Below are positions 23,301 to 38,000 of a DNA stretch of 64,000 bases, piece by piece (position 1 is the stretch's first letter; each line of letters begins with the position of its first letter). The notes beneath the pieces were generated by a model that made no database searches, was not told where the DNA came from, and saw only the letters and a program-made list of their open reading frames with translations. The position numbers and the translations under genes are program-made. Origin of the DNA: Bugula neritina (taxonomy: Eukaryota > Animalia > Bryozoa); contig OZ037772.1 in assembly GCA_964035545.1 (NCBI GenBank), forward strand, positions 2,666,001-2,730,000. Reading direction: 5' to 3'.

Positions 23301-26300
23301 TTCTTATGTAAATAAAATTTTGCTTGAACATATGTAGTTGTAGCATTGATCTCACTTTCTGCTCCTATCAATTACTGTTTAGCTTCATTAAGACCTAGGG
23401 ATGATAATTACGTAATACTTGTGAAAAGTAGCGTTGACTTAACAACTACGTGGTTTCAGAGCTACTACAAAATATTTTTCAGCTTACACTAATCAGATTA
23501 ATTTTCAATTTCATCAAAATAAGTGCAGGTCTAACAACTATTAGAGGTGTGGTGCAGGCTATACCGACAATAAAAGGCTCTTTGAACAACTTTAGTGCAA
23601 GCACTGCACTAATATTTCTCTCTGTGTGGTTAGGGAAGCATATGCCGTGTTCATTTTGTTATTCTAGCATTAACAATAACAGAATGCAATAATTATAAGT
23701 TTATGAAAGTAATTTGTTTTCTTTCTAATTACAAATATAATATTTTAGTATATATTGTAAATTTATAAGGCTTGCATTAGGAATAACGCAGCTAAAACAT
23801 CATTTTCCTTAAAGTCTTAAAAATATATAAGTATAACATAATACACTATGCCAATAAACTTATTAAAGTACCAAGCAAGCTTAGCTAGTTTAAAAAAAAT
23901 TACGCTAGGTAAATTCCCATTATTTATAGAATGCTTGCTGATATTAGCTTTTGATGTAATTAAAGTAAATTATTATTTATCTTTCTAGCTAAGGATTTCT
24001 TGCCGTAAGTTTTGCTTTTATGCAAATGTCGTAACAAACGAGTTAAATTTTTATAGCACATAAAAATGTAATCTATAAGTCGAAGATATTTAAACTTAGC
24101 CATTAACCCATTTTAATTAGCAATGTAGCCTAAATATAATACAATACAAAATATATACCAGTATATATAATATATTTTTACCATATGCTGTTAATTACAG
24201 TATTTGTAAAACAAATTTTATGCTCAATAATTAAATGCAACAAATATTTATAAAATACTAATAATGTTGAATAAATAAATTCAATAATTCCTTTTCTATT
24301 CAAATGGCTGCATAATTTCTTGCAAGGTTGTATAAAGGAGTTGTGGCCTACAACTTATTATGTGTTCAATTGCCACATATGTCTTAGGAAGAAGAAAACT
24401 CCCCAAAAATTCTTAGTTTGAAAATTCTAGTATAATTAAAATCACTTAATATATGTCTTTGAAATGCATTTTGCCACTCTGCAAAATTGCAGGAACAAAT
24501 ATTGCATGAAGTAATAAATGATTTATGAAGTAATTAACAAACCAATGTAAAAACTGTTGTTGTATATAGAACACAACAGATTGATTTTCTTCAATTTCCA
24601 CATCAAATCTATATATTCAGTTATATCTAACCAATGCTAATAAACTAAACATGCATGCATACAAATATTTGCATCATATGCAAGTAATATTAGCTAATTA
24701 GCAACTATAGCATTTTTTTCATTATCTTTATTGCTTGCATATGTCTAAGTATTATTAAAATAAGGTTTTTATTTGCAACTTTGCACCACAAATTACATAA
24801 AATCTAAAAACTTGAGTTGTGACATAGGGCTACCTATACACAAATAGACCTTCATAAAACTCTCAATGATTTTATTCAACTCATGTATGCAAAAGTTTTG
24901 CTTTAAAACAATTCTTCTAAACCACTCAAAAGGGGAATTATTACAAAAACAGCTTCTCATATATAATTTTTCCCCAGATTAATTTTTTTCCTGTATTTAA
25001 ACTAACTTAGCAAGTGAAGATTGTGATATCACTCAGGTAATCACATACATATTATTCATAGCTGTAATACTTTAGCAATGAATAGATCATGTTTAATTTC
25101 CACTTTACCTAGCAGTTTTTCAGAATTATAGAGCTATGTATATCGTGAAATTGGAATAGCCTAATAGTTTTACATGTGTTTATAGCTAGACAAATTAACT
25201 TAAAAAACTTACAATAATTAGATGATATTTGCATTCTTTTGAAGGTTATGGTGAAGCTACTGCAAAACTGGCCATTAGTTTAGCATAATATGCAATGCCA
25301 CGCAAAAGCATGCCAAACAAGCAATGTTTATTTACCTTACCAGTGCAATTTTATCACCTTAAACACAAAAGCAAGTATAAAATACACATCCATATTAGAT
25401 TAACTGTCAAGTTAAAAAAAGACAACATATATTCATGAGCTGGTTCTGTTTGCACAAGTACAATTTAGACCAGCTTATAATTTAGATTGCCACAAAAATA
25501 TGACGTAAAATATGTCTTTAATCACTATTTTGATATTCACTGGTTGAAGATATTTTTTATATCCTAATATGTAAATATTGTACATAAATCTTAAAAATTA
25601 ACTAGGTGAATAAGGAAAACTGCTAATTTTATGAAACTGTTATGTTAATAAAGACAATGGCTATCAACAAATCCCACCAGACCACAAACTAATTGTAAAT
25701 ACTAAAGCAATTATATAGTGCTATGTGTTGATCTAGCCTAGTCAATACACCACAAAGATGTATTATGACATACCACATTTTATGTACTGGGTTACCACTT
25801 ATTCTAATGGGTATTTGTTTAAACTGTTATATACAGCTTTTTGCACTACCAATATACAAGCCAGTTGTTATTCTGTCACTTTTTATCTACATCTCTTTTT
25901 AATGCCAGTTACTTGTTAGCTTCAGTACAAACAGCTAAACATTCTACTCTACAGCCAATCTTACTGTTAACTCTTGTTTAACAATATTACAAGAATCTAA
26001 AAATTTGAGTGTGTTTTAAGTATAATATTCTATCATTATAACTTTTAAATGAAACAATAATATGATAAATGCATTATAACTTTCTGAAAAGTTTTTTTGC
26101 AAAGTATATGTTTTTGGAAAATAGTTTTACAACATTTGCTAGGAGCATTATATTTATTCCTATCTAAAATAATTTTGTTTGAACTGCTATGTTTGTAATC
26201 ATGTAATCAGAAGTAAAGCATCAGTAAAATGAGTATAAGTAGAAGCTTGACAGCTACATTAGGCATTGCTACATAGTACATAAATATATGGTCGTATTAA

Positions 26301-27890
26301 ATACTTAGCTGCATTCACAGATAAATGCATGGCTTGGAATTACAATACCATGAATACATTATTTATTTAGCTGGGTAACTATACAATTATGCCAAAGTGA
26401 AAAGCTTTTGGTTATTAATGCCTGAAATGTCTAACAATCTACTTGGGAGACCACCTTGTTGTTACAGAGTGAATGAGTTATTTGTTTGGCATTTGGATGA
26501 TGGCACAAAGAAAGGCTATTTGGTTTGTTACTTGAGACTAGTAGCAAACTGCTACAGTCATAGCATCTTAGAAGATTTTGCATCACTTGCTAGAATTGTA
26601 CATTATTTTAATGTAGCTATTGAAATTAATATCGCACTGAAAACACAGTATTGCAAAATCTTAAGCTGTACATAATTATATTATGCATCAAAAAGTACTT
26701 CTGCTATTCGACTATCCCAGGTTTATTTTAAACTAGCACTGCCAAAGTGCCTTGACTCTATTACACTGTTTACTAGCTAATTTTGTTCTTCTCAATAGTG
26801 AAATAGATCTATTGCAAGAAATTAATGACTAGATATAACAATAATGATTTTTAGGCAAGACTTTTGCATCTATATTGCTCATCTGCTAGCTTGAAATACC
26901 CCTCTCCTTGGACTAATCTCAGGCTTTTCATTGTTGTTTAAACAGTTTTTAAACTCCTATTTCAATAAACCATTACCAACACTGCCTGCATGTATTAATA
27001 TTCATTAGTGCCATCAATGCACTGTGGAGACAGCACCTGATGTTCTGTATATTACATTATAGTACAGAGATACTAAATCCAAAACATCTAAAATAATTGA
27101 TGCTTCTACCAGATTTTCAGCACACCTATAATATGTATTCCTGTAGTAAATATTAATAAGATGTTTTAACTGATAGTTTTTATGCCATTATAATAGTTTG
27201 ATACTATAACTACAACTTGAAACTCTTTAACCAGCACATTGGTTAGTAATATTGCTTCTTGATATTTAATTGCTGGTTCACAAACTATCAATAATAGGGA
27301 GGCATATCAAAACTTGACTGCATTCATAATATGATTTTAATGCTAGGTAATGACTAAGCATGTCTGGCTGATATGAGGTGACTATTTTGTACACTGTTTA
27401 ACAACATCAGCTTTTTGGGTTCATTTTAAGCATCTGCAAATCTGTATTATACATAATTACTGTTAGGGCCAATTAATTAAATTGTTAACCCTGAAATGCT
27501 TTTTACACTGTAATACTAAGTAGTAAAAGATATGTATATATATATATAAACTGATTGTAATTTATACATAACATTGTACATTTAAAAAAAATCACAAAAT
27601 ACATAATTTATTAGCTAAATTTCAAGGCGTTTTGTAGGTAGTGGGTTAATGTCAATAAAATAGAATCCGGGAAGTTGAGTAGCTTTATTCAAGAGGAAGG
27701 CTCTCCAACAGTTCTACCAAAGCCTAAATAACATGTATAAAATAAAGGTTATATGCACAATTTTTTTTCCAAAACAGCCTGCAACTGTTTTGCTATTGCA
27801 TATGCCCTATGCCATTCATCAAGTAGAACAATTTTAACCAGGATATCTAGAAAAGTTGACACAAGGGCTTTATAAACTATGTAACAGTAA

Positions 27891-28233
27891 GCCTAGGGCC
27901 ACACTGTGCGTATTTTCGCATGCGAAAATTAAAATCACAAGTAGCAAAGGTGTCCACTGTAGCGTCAGTGATGCGTGATAAATAAAGCTTTCATTTTTAA
28001 ATCGCACTAGCTTTCAATTAAACGCAATTTACTGGAATGTAGCACTAAATAAAGAAATTGGACACGCTGAATAGCTACCAGCCAATTAGGTGACGACGAC
28101 AGAGACGATTCGCACTTGCGTTGAAAATGCAGAGCGACAAGTGCGAGGGTTTTCTCAACGCGCACAGTGAACACCTTTGCTACTTGTGATTTCAATTTTC
28201 GCATGCGAAAATACGCACCGTGTGGCCCTAGGC
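27891..28233. mobile_element. Second copy of the GCCTAGGGCC Harbinger-type MITE
   Basis: Same TIRs as 9770-10148; lacks one arm of the internal hairpin; flanks TAA and TTA. Confidence 0.92.
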
Positions 28234-28459
28234 TTAAACTGTGAGTAGAAATTAATTGACACTAATGAATAATGCTTTAGGTGCTGGCAACAACCATAAA
28301 AGAAAAGTTATATAACAAACAAATAGAAAAAGCACTAAACAAATCAACAGCATTATATACAATTGGGGCACATACATGAAAACAGCAGCTAGTGTCATTT
28401 TCTTAAGACAGCACTATTTTAGGTATAAATTTAAGAAGTATTAGAAAATGCAGAAATTT

Positions 28460-28880
28460 ACTGCAATTGATTCATTTTATTTAAGTTAGTACATACTGAA
28501 GATCTCAAGTTTTTGCTAATGAACATGAGTTTTGGCCCGAAACTAAAAAAATATCAATAAATACACCTAAATAATCAAGGCTCTTTTTAATTTTCTTTGA
28601 TTTCCTATGCTTTTTTCTAATTACAGCAACTTCTGACTGGGGATTGCCACGGTTAGTTTGTAACAGTAGGCAATCCAAATGAAATGAATAAATAGGAAAA
28701 AACATGAGAAATCATGCAAAATTAAGAAGAACCTTGATTATTTAGGTGTATTTCTTGATGTCTCACTAATTTTAAGCAAAAAGCATTGTTCATTAGCAGC
28801 TAAAATGTAAAAATGGCTAAAAACTGCAGATTTCCAGTGTGTACTAAATTAAATAAAAGGACTCAATCACCTTTGCAACA
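28460..28880. mobile_element. Old palindromic (fold-back) MITE
   Basis: Arms ~28460-28625 and ~28690-28880 are diverged reverse complements (e.g. AATACACCTAAATAATCAAGG / CCTTGATTATTTAGGTGTATT). Confidence 0.7.
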
Positions 28881-30924
28881 TAATTCAATAATTGCATGGT
28901 CAAGCAGAATAAACTACAATTAACAGCAACAACAGTGTAATAGTTGCGTAGAAAAGTTGTACTGCAAAAAACTAAAAGAATGCAAAATTTATAAATGTGT
29001 GCTACCAAGTAAATGCTGAACAGACATCATGAAATAGTGTACGAAATACAAACTATTAAACTTACCTGTTGATCTAATGCAGCCAAAACCTCAAGCTTAG
29101 AGTAGTGGAATGGTGCTGTTCGATGTTGATATGCTACAAGTAGCTAAGATGACTCAAATTCTTGCCTTTAGGAGTAAGAGGCCTCAGCTCAGTTTCAACA
29201 AAACTTCCAATAATCTCAACGGATGCGCTCAATTAGGAGCCACAACAAAGCACACCCATGTCATTTTAGTAAACTCTAAAAAATGAACGGAAATAAAACT
29301 GTTAGAGAGTAAACAGAGAAACATATAGTGATGGGGGAAAAACCTGTCAGCAAAGGTTATATACACTCATAGCCATAACACGAAGAAAAAGATAATGAAT
29401 AACAACCTATTCAAGATGACACAAGAAACCAAACAAATTTCTTTGACTAAAAAATTTAATTAATACTATATTACTTGGCAAAAAATATTTGTTTTGAACA
29501 ACGTATTATTGGGAAGAATTGCCAGTGTCTTAAATTTTGAGATTAAAGTTTCTGCCTTATAGCGGAAATAGAGAGGCAATCAATAGTGTACAAAACATGT
29601 TTTCAGTCATTGGCTGTTGACTAAATTGACAAAGTTAAAGAAAGCTTCCATATCATTATTTATTTTGTTCTCAAGTGTGTGGTTACAGTTTCATGAGTCA
29701 GAAATATAATTATTTGAGATATGAAATCAAATGTAGTCAAAAGAGTGTCATACAATTTAAAATGTAGTAATAGAGCTTTGACAATAATTTCTTCTGCTAA
29801 GTAAAACAGGTACCATTATGTGCTACTTATCTTTTAGAGATGAACATCAAGGATGTTGAAAACAAAATAGTTGTAAATTACAGCAAATACCTTTCTACTT
29901 ACCTAACCAGAGAAAATAAGTTTTCAACCTTGCATGCACTCAGCTGGTTTTCAATGTTTGGATCAGTGACATCTTTATAACTGATAGCAGCATTATGTAA
30001 TAGCTTTAGGAATTGTTACCTTAAATCTAAATTATATAGAACAAGAAGTGCAAAAATATGGCATTAGTACTCATTGCACAATACACACTTGCTAGAGTAG
30101 CTAATCTAGCATCACATTAATTTAAGAAAGACAAAATTTTATTACTGTTCACAAATGATGAATATTAAAAGTTGAATAATTAGACAAATTAACAATGACA
30201 TTGATGTTACTTCAAACATTACTAATGGTAAACACCAAAATACTAATAGGAATAGTCATGTTAACATCAATTAGAAAAGTAAAGATAATTTGAAAATGAG
30301 ACAGTTTATAGGTCTAACTCTTATAGTTGACAAGCAATTACAGGGCAGTCATATTGATGTAGGCTACCCTCAAAATGTAGCACTTTAAAAATATTAAAAA
30401 GACAGCACATATAAGAACATAATCTTAAAAATAGGCATATGTGACACCTATATTTTGATTAACAAAGAAGTCTTCTTTACTTTATTAATCTAGCTCATAT
30501 AATGGTATTCTGTCTTAGTATGTTATTTTAATACTTGAAATCTAATCAGCTACAGAAAAGTACTTCAATTCAAAGGCCTTCATAATTATTCTTTAGTTTG
30601 CTATTTAAATAGACAGTAAGGTTGATGAATAAAATAAAAGTTAGTAAAGTAAAAACTAAATAAATTGAGAATAATATCTCCACTCTAAGGTTATAATCCT
30701 TATAAATTAACATTTTAATACTCCTGTTATCCTTAGGTATAGTTGTTAGCAATTTAACTATGAGCTCGAAGCCAAATGTCAGTATCAGCATCCCCATTAC
30801 ATTGACTAAGACTGACTTTATAACCCTCAAGCTGTGGCACTCAATTTCTATAAGTAGTAACTAATAACAAATATAAAATTATTTATTTGCTACTGATAGT
30901 GATAATAATAATAATTAAAAATAA

Positions 30925-33828
30925 TAATATGATCCATTAAAATAGAACTAATAAAGCCAACGACGTTAATGGTATGTCTAACTAAACATGGCATGTCTCG
31001 TCTGGCAGTGGGTATGTGGAGGGCCAGGCAACCTACGGCCGTCAACCCGTTAATGGCACAACTAGAAGAAGATACTCAAGAGAAGATAACAAAGTTGTCA
31101 TGAAATGCTGCTTCAAAAGTACACCCAAATTGAGAGGTTATAGAAAAACAATGTATGAGCTCTGTAGACCCGAATTAAAGAATTATTTAAAAAGGATGTG
31201 CAAACGCTGGAAAACAGAGGAGAGTTTAACATCAGCGAATAGAGACTAGCGGATTAAGCAAGAACTATGAAGAAACACAAGCATTTTATGGAAGAAGAAC
31301 TCCATAAGATTGAAGAAGGAACCTTGCAAGAACTAGGCACATCAATTGGTGAAGAAGATAATGAAGAGCTAAATTTGCAAATAGAGGATGTTATAGTACA
31401 ACATGAGATAGCATATAAATCAGCCATGAGAATTTTAAGAGTACCTAGTTCAGAGGTAGAAAAAGTGTTAGTAGAAAAATTATAAATGAGCATAACAAAC
31501 TATCTAATGATCGACCAACACTAAGAGCCCTTAGGCACATTGAGAGGGTCAAATTACTACAGGCAGTAAAACAGAATAATGATGTGCTAAACTGTGTTGA
31601 GATTATTAATACCATTGAGCTTAATAACACCACCATGGCTTGTGCGAAAAATAGTAACAGAACAAGTGTGTAACAAAAAGGAAAAAGAAAAACTGACAAT
31701 GTACAAGTATGGAAAATACGACTGCAGAAGAAATAAAAAGAAATTAGATCAGACTTAAGTAAAATAGCAGAGTGAAAAAGTAGAGCTTACAATGATTCAT
31801 CGAGAAGAATGGTTGAAGAAAAATATAGGATAAAGAACAAAGAGTGTGGTGTAGTGATTGAAAAACTGAAGCAAACCTGAGAGCTGTAAGCCAGAAGATA
31901 AACAGATATACAGAATGAGTTGATCAATATAATCAGAACACAATGTTTACAATGATAAGCGCTTTTATCAAGAATTACGAGGAAATGAATGTACATTTAA
32001 AGAGGCACCTGACAAGGAAATCAAAAGCATTCTGATAAAATATATAATTGGAGCATATGTAAAGACAAGGAAATTAGATCTTAGAAACGATGCAAACAAC
32101 TGGAATAGCAATTAATGTCATAAGGTTGATAAGAAAAAGCATGAAACCTGGAAAACACAACTGAAATACCTGGAAGAAAAGATAGGAGAAATAAAGATCA
32201 AACTAAGAATTTTCCAAGGAGACTCTTTATCTCTATCCCTTTTCTCCAACTACCGATTCGCATGACAGAAGCGGCTCAATGATGCAAATTTCGACGAGAC
32301 AGAAAACAAACCATCTCCTATATGTGGATGACCTGAAGGTAAATAGGAAATCGAAGTCAGAACTGGAAGCTTTGGTAAACACTGCCGGGATCTTCACAAG
32401 GAATATAGAAATGAAATTTGGATTAAAAAATGTGCCACACTGGTTATGAGAAAGGGAAAGAAAATCAAGGACACAGGAATCAGTTTGCCTGATGAACAGG
32501 TAATCAAAGATCTGGGTGAGAAGCCGTATAAATATCTAGGAGTTCTTGAGATTGATAGAATACAAATATATGAAATGAAAAATAAGATCAGGGAGTACTA
32601 CAAACAAATAAGAAAAGTTCTAGATTCAAAACTGAATGGTGAGGACACAATCAAAGCAATAAACACATGGGCAGTAACAGCAGTGCATTACACAGCTAGA
32701 ATACTTGACTGAACTGTTTCATGAGCTAAAAAATATGGACTGAAAGACAAGGAAGCTAATGACAACAAACCGTGCACCCTATCCGAGAGCAGATGTAGGC
32801 AGGCTGTATTTTAGCAGAAGGGAAGGCGGTAGAAGAATGTTGTCAACTGAAAAATGCATAAAGATTGAAAACTGCAGCATGTCAGACTACATAAATATAA
32901 CATAGACTGATAGAAACACCACACTGATTACCTTCCTAAAAGACAGAACAGCGGTAGAACTAAATAATGATAAAGTGATAGAAAGAACTGATGAGTGTAA
33001 AGAAAAGTTTCACGTGGTCAATACATCAAAATGGTGGAAGACATGAAAGCATTTTCCTGGAACTGGTTGAAGTATGGTTGGCTGAAAAAGGAAACAGAAG
33101 GACTGCTGACAGCTGCGCAAGATCAACTATTCACTACTAGAAATTATAAAGTGGCTGTGATGAGAGAACAGGGTAGCAAGAAGTGTGGAATGTGTAACGC
33201 AAGAGACAAAACTTCGATGCACGTATTGAGTGAGTTTGAGAAGGTAGCAGAAGGAGAATATAAGAAAAAACACAACCTTTTGGCATTGATAATTTCAATA
33301 GTAGTTGTGTGAACTTCGTGGGTTTCAGAAAAGTAAGAATTGGTACGGCCATCAAGCAGAATAAGTACTGGAAAATGATAATGTGAAAACCTTGTAAGAT
33401 TTTAACATACACACTGACGTAGTCATCAAAGTTAGGAGACCCGATATATTAGTAGTTGACAAGCATAATGCTGAAACAACGATAATTGATATTACAGTCC
33501 CTGTTAACTACAGAGTAAAAGAAAAAAATTCGAAAAGTTAGGAAAATATCAGAATTTAGCACTAGAATAAACCCGCCTTTGGAAAACATCAAAAAAGTCA
33601 TCCCGTTGTAACTGGAGCCTTTGGAGCTTTATACAAGATTGTAGACTGGCTGACACTACTTGGAGTAGCTGAAAACAAATGCTCATTAATTCAGCAGACA
33701 CCCTTACTAGGATCAGGATAAGCTCACATCCTGAGGAAAGTTCTATCCATTTCAGCCTAGTATAACTAGGCCAATGGTAAAAGGTTACACCAGCTAAAAA
33801 ACTACGGTCAATCAACAATAATAATAAT
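30925..33828 (+). mobile_element. Degenerate RLE-type non-LTR retrotransposon (R4/Dong-like), internally deleted
   Basis: RRRYSREDNKVVMKC N-terminus; RT motifs IFQGDSLS (~32209), HLLYVDDLK (~32312), YKYLGVLE, SKLNG..TIKAINTWAV; WLK.GWLKKETEGLLTAAQDQ; CxxC...H knuckle (~33184); RRPDILVVDK / IIDITVP / EKLGKY endonuclease; (AAT)n on both sides; many stops. Confidence 0.9.
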
Positions 33829-34884
33829 ATACAACTATATTAGTGCAGTTGGTTCTATTATTAGATTAGCATATCGATTATGACTTTTCGATTGCCACCC
33901 TGATACTATGAGTAAAATGTACAAGCATACGTGAAAGTATAGATATGATCATAAGTATAAAAATAGGTATAAGTATAAATATAAATATAGGTACAAGTAT
34001 AAAACGAATGATTATATTATTAATAATATTAGTCAGTGATACCTATAACCGTAATGGTTTTTAGACTTACAGTTATCATTAACATTAGCTGAGTAATATG
34101 ATTAGTTAAAATAATGGTATTCATTATTATATCATAGTTATAAGTTATAACTCTAGTCTCTAAAGAGCAACAGCAAGTGTAATTGGGATATTCATATTAA
34201 ATTTCATATTCACATAGTGAAATGTTTATGTTATGAACTAATTTATTCCTTCAACATTTAACTATAAATATGATTAACACTAACTTTGACCATCAGTATT
34301 ACTAAAAGAAGCGTATTACAAATATAAGATAATAAAATTCTAGTAGTAGGACTAATAGTATTACTAGGTCCAGTATTATTCTTGTTATCTTATTCATCAT
34401 TCATGAGTTATCAAATTTAAAACTACTACTTATTAGCATCAGCATATAAAAAGTAAGATCATTAGGAATAATTATCATGAGGTATGATCTATGATTTGCA
34501 TTATCCATATATAGTTTAATATCAATATGATATATTATTATTGCTGATAGTCTATGTTATAGTTAAATTTATACTTATCTTTACAGTTACCTATAGTAGC
34601 ACTTATTAGTTATTTGTGGTAGCCAAACTAATGTTTAATATTAATAAATTAAACTGAGTATCATAAAAGTGTTACTAAGAATTTTAATTATAATCGTAAT
34701 GGTGATCATATTACTTTATTATAATTATTATATTTTATCATTAATGCTAAACTGAGTTAATGTATATACTTTGAGTTTTACTATTACTCATTATATTTAC
34801 ACTTATAGTAAAACTAAATATGTAAAAGTTATACTTATACTATTATTATTCGTATTTCATTAGACTTACATCTAAGGTCGCAGT

Positions 34885-35030
34885 CCTATTACTACTACCA
34901 CTGATACTAGTACTACAACTAGTACTAGTACTGCTACTAGTACTAGTACTAGTACTAGTACTACTACTACTACTAATAGTACTGTTACTACTACTACTAC
35001 TAGTACTACTACTAGGTCTACTACTGTTCC
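34885..35030. repeat. (TAC/TAG)n trinucleotide repeat
   Basis: ctactagtactagtactactactac run. Confidence 0.9.
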
Positions 35031-38000
35031 AGTACAACTACAAACTTTGAAAATAACTGCAAGAAAGGTATGACTTACAGTTACTCTTTTTCTTAGTCTT
35101 ACTGTGACTCTCAGTCGTAATGTAAAATAAAATTGTGAACTGTAAAGTTAAACCCAAGGCTGAAATTTATTTAATTAAATTTAGACAATCTGAATCATTG
35201 GCTCAATCCTTGAGTTTGACTATTACTATTATTATTAGTGCTACGATTGTGATTATCATTGGCATTATGCCATTATCATTATGATTGTAATTGTGGTAAT
35301 TCTAACATTAATTATAATCATAAATTAAAAGGTAATGATTAATGATAATTATTTTCATTTTGTAATCATAATGATAATCATAATGATGTAAATTTTGATG
35401 TAAAACCAAAATACTAAAACTAAAAGTAAAAGTTATAAAATTAAATGATAAAATATTATAATGATAATTATTATATTTATTATATTATTATTGAATATAT
35501 TATTTCATTAGAAAATAGGTTGCAGCTTAGCATGATTAAAATTCAGTAAAAATTAGTTTACCAACAGCAAACATGCATGCGTCTTGTCAACATTCAATTC
35601 GTAGTGCCATAGCGAAGCCAGATTACTGGTAGTACGACTACTAGAACTACTACTACTAGTGATGGATTACAGATCCTTGGCGATTTTAGCTGTGAGTGAC
35701 CTTCACCTCACATTCTCATCATGTGCGCGGCATTAGACTAAGTAGAGGGTATGAAGCACTGAGCTGGAAAAGAAAGAATATATTTTAATTATAGGTAATA
35801 CTAATAGTAATATAATTTATGGTAATATATAGGTAATATTATTGAGTTCATTGGTATGGAGTATAGACCTACCCTGATAGTATCAGTATCAACTACCACT
35901 TACGTACTACTTCAACTTATAACTTACCTTCAACTCAAACTCAAACTGAAACTGCTTGGAATCATTTGACATTTGTCTTTGATCATATTGGCATTGTCAT
36001 TGTGATTGTAATAACTATTAATATTTTTAGTTCAACATCAATGCCGAACATATTGTAATAACTAATAAGATAATCATAAGGTTGATATATTTTGCTAATA
36101 CTAATACTAATACTAATAGTTATAGTAATAGTTATAGTAATTCAGTGTCACTCTCACTCTGGTGGAGTGAGACTCAGACTTAGAGTTAGAGACAGAGTGA
36201 GTCCGAGTAAGTCTGAGTGTTGGTAATAGTAATAGTCATATAAATTTAAATTATATTTACTTATTTCTAGCAATCACAATGGCAATAGTTATAGTAACTT
36301 TCACTTACTCTTAAATCATTGAACCTGAACTAAAAGTAAAATTAAGCATTATGATTATGATTATCATTATGATTATACCTATGATTTTATTATGTTTAAA
36401 TTAAAAATCAATATCATGATAATATCATAGTGATAGACATATTATTGATAAATGATAATATAAAAGTAATTTGATAAATTATACATTGATTTTGAATTAA
36501 GGTGATACTCATACTGATACTAGACCGGTACTGAAAGTGATAGTAATACTAATAGTAATACTAATAGTCATATAAATTTAAGTTATATTTACTCATTACC
36601 GGCAATCACAATGGCAATAGTAACTTAAACTGTAACAGTAATGGTATGGGTATGTTTGAAATTGTCACTATCAGTATTGCTATGAATCAAAATATAATGC
36701 TATCATACCAATAATTTAAAATAATATTACAAAGCTTCAGTAGCAACTTTTACTTGTACCAGTTTGGAATTTTGAATTATACATATTCTTAGTTAAAGTC
36801 TTCAAGTTTATTGTCAAAATGAACTTGAAATTAAAGACTTAGTAGTAAAAATTAAACTAAGACTGACTGTAAGTGACTAAGATTAAAAATAAGTAATTTT
36901 AAATATCGATTTAGTATTTTTCTTACTCTTTGTCTTAAAATTGACTTTTATTTTGCACCTACTCCTGGTCAATGATTCTTTTTTCTATTTATATTACTAT
37001 TGCTATTAGTATAATTGACTTAAATTTAATAATAGATATGATTATATCTTTATAAATGTGATATTTGATTTTATGAATAGTAATTCGAAAACTCTTTGGT
37101 ATTATTTATTTTTGATCATTGTAGTTATTATCATTATATTTGTATAATAATTATGATTATCAAATTCAATATCGATATTTGTATTATGGTATGGATATCT
37201 GCCTCCGTCCCATGTTCTGTTTTGCAGTGCCTTTTTACATTCACGTCTAGGTTCACATTGCGGTGGTCATACTGATAGCACTTGGGGACAGTGATGAGCA
37301 TAATGATTATCACTAATATTAAGATTTTCGTTATTAGGATTTAGAATAATTTAATAAACAAGCAACTTAAAACAAATGTTTTTACTAATATACATATGAA
37401 TTACTAATATAAATATACTACTATGAATATTATAATTATTATACTTTACAATTCAAAGTAAGATAATCATAATACGAACTGGTAAAACTAAATATAAAGT
37501 AAATGTAATAATACTAATAGTAGTTATCCATTCCCCTTTGGTTTCACATACTAATAATTGGAAACCTCTGTCCTAATATTATTTCTATTAATATTGCTCA
37601 AAGTTTGATCCCTATTTAATTTTATAGTTCACTCACCAGCTACATAATTTTATTAAAATACATGTGGTATTGGTTATAGTACTAGTGAAACTTGAAGTTG
37701 AATAGCATGCTTATTACTCACTGCTCTTTGCTTACATTATTAGGGTTACTCTTTAGTCTTAGAGATACCCTAACATAAACTTGAAAGCTGGAGGTAGTAC
37801 TAGTCTAGTGCTGTGTTAATCCTACACTGTTGACTTATCAACACTGTGACTATAATTATGACTCCTAAGTCAAAGTCATTTTCATATAGTAGTAATCACT
37901 ATGACAGACTGAAAGTCAGGAAGACTAAATATAATGGTAAAGTGTGTAAGAATAAATCATACTTAATCAATTACTTTTAGTTTTGTTACCAGTGTTGGGT

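Noticed and set aside
32989-33010. Other CTGATGA occurrences (e.g. ~32989, ~32489, ~60764, ~18551 on minus) as hammerheads
   Set aside because: No stem II followed by GAAA and no stem I/III pairing.
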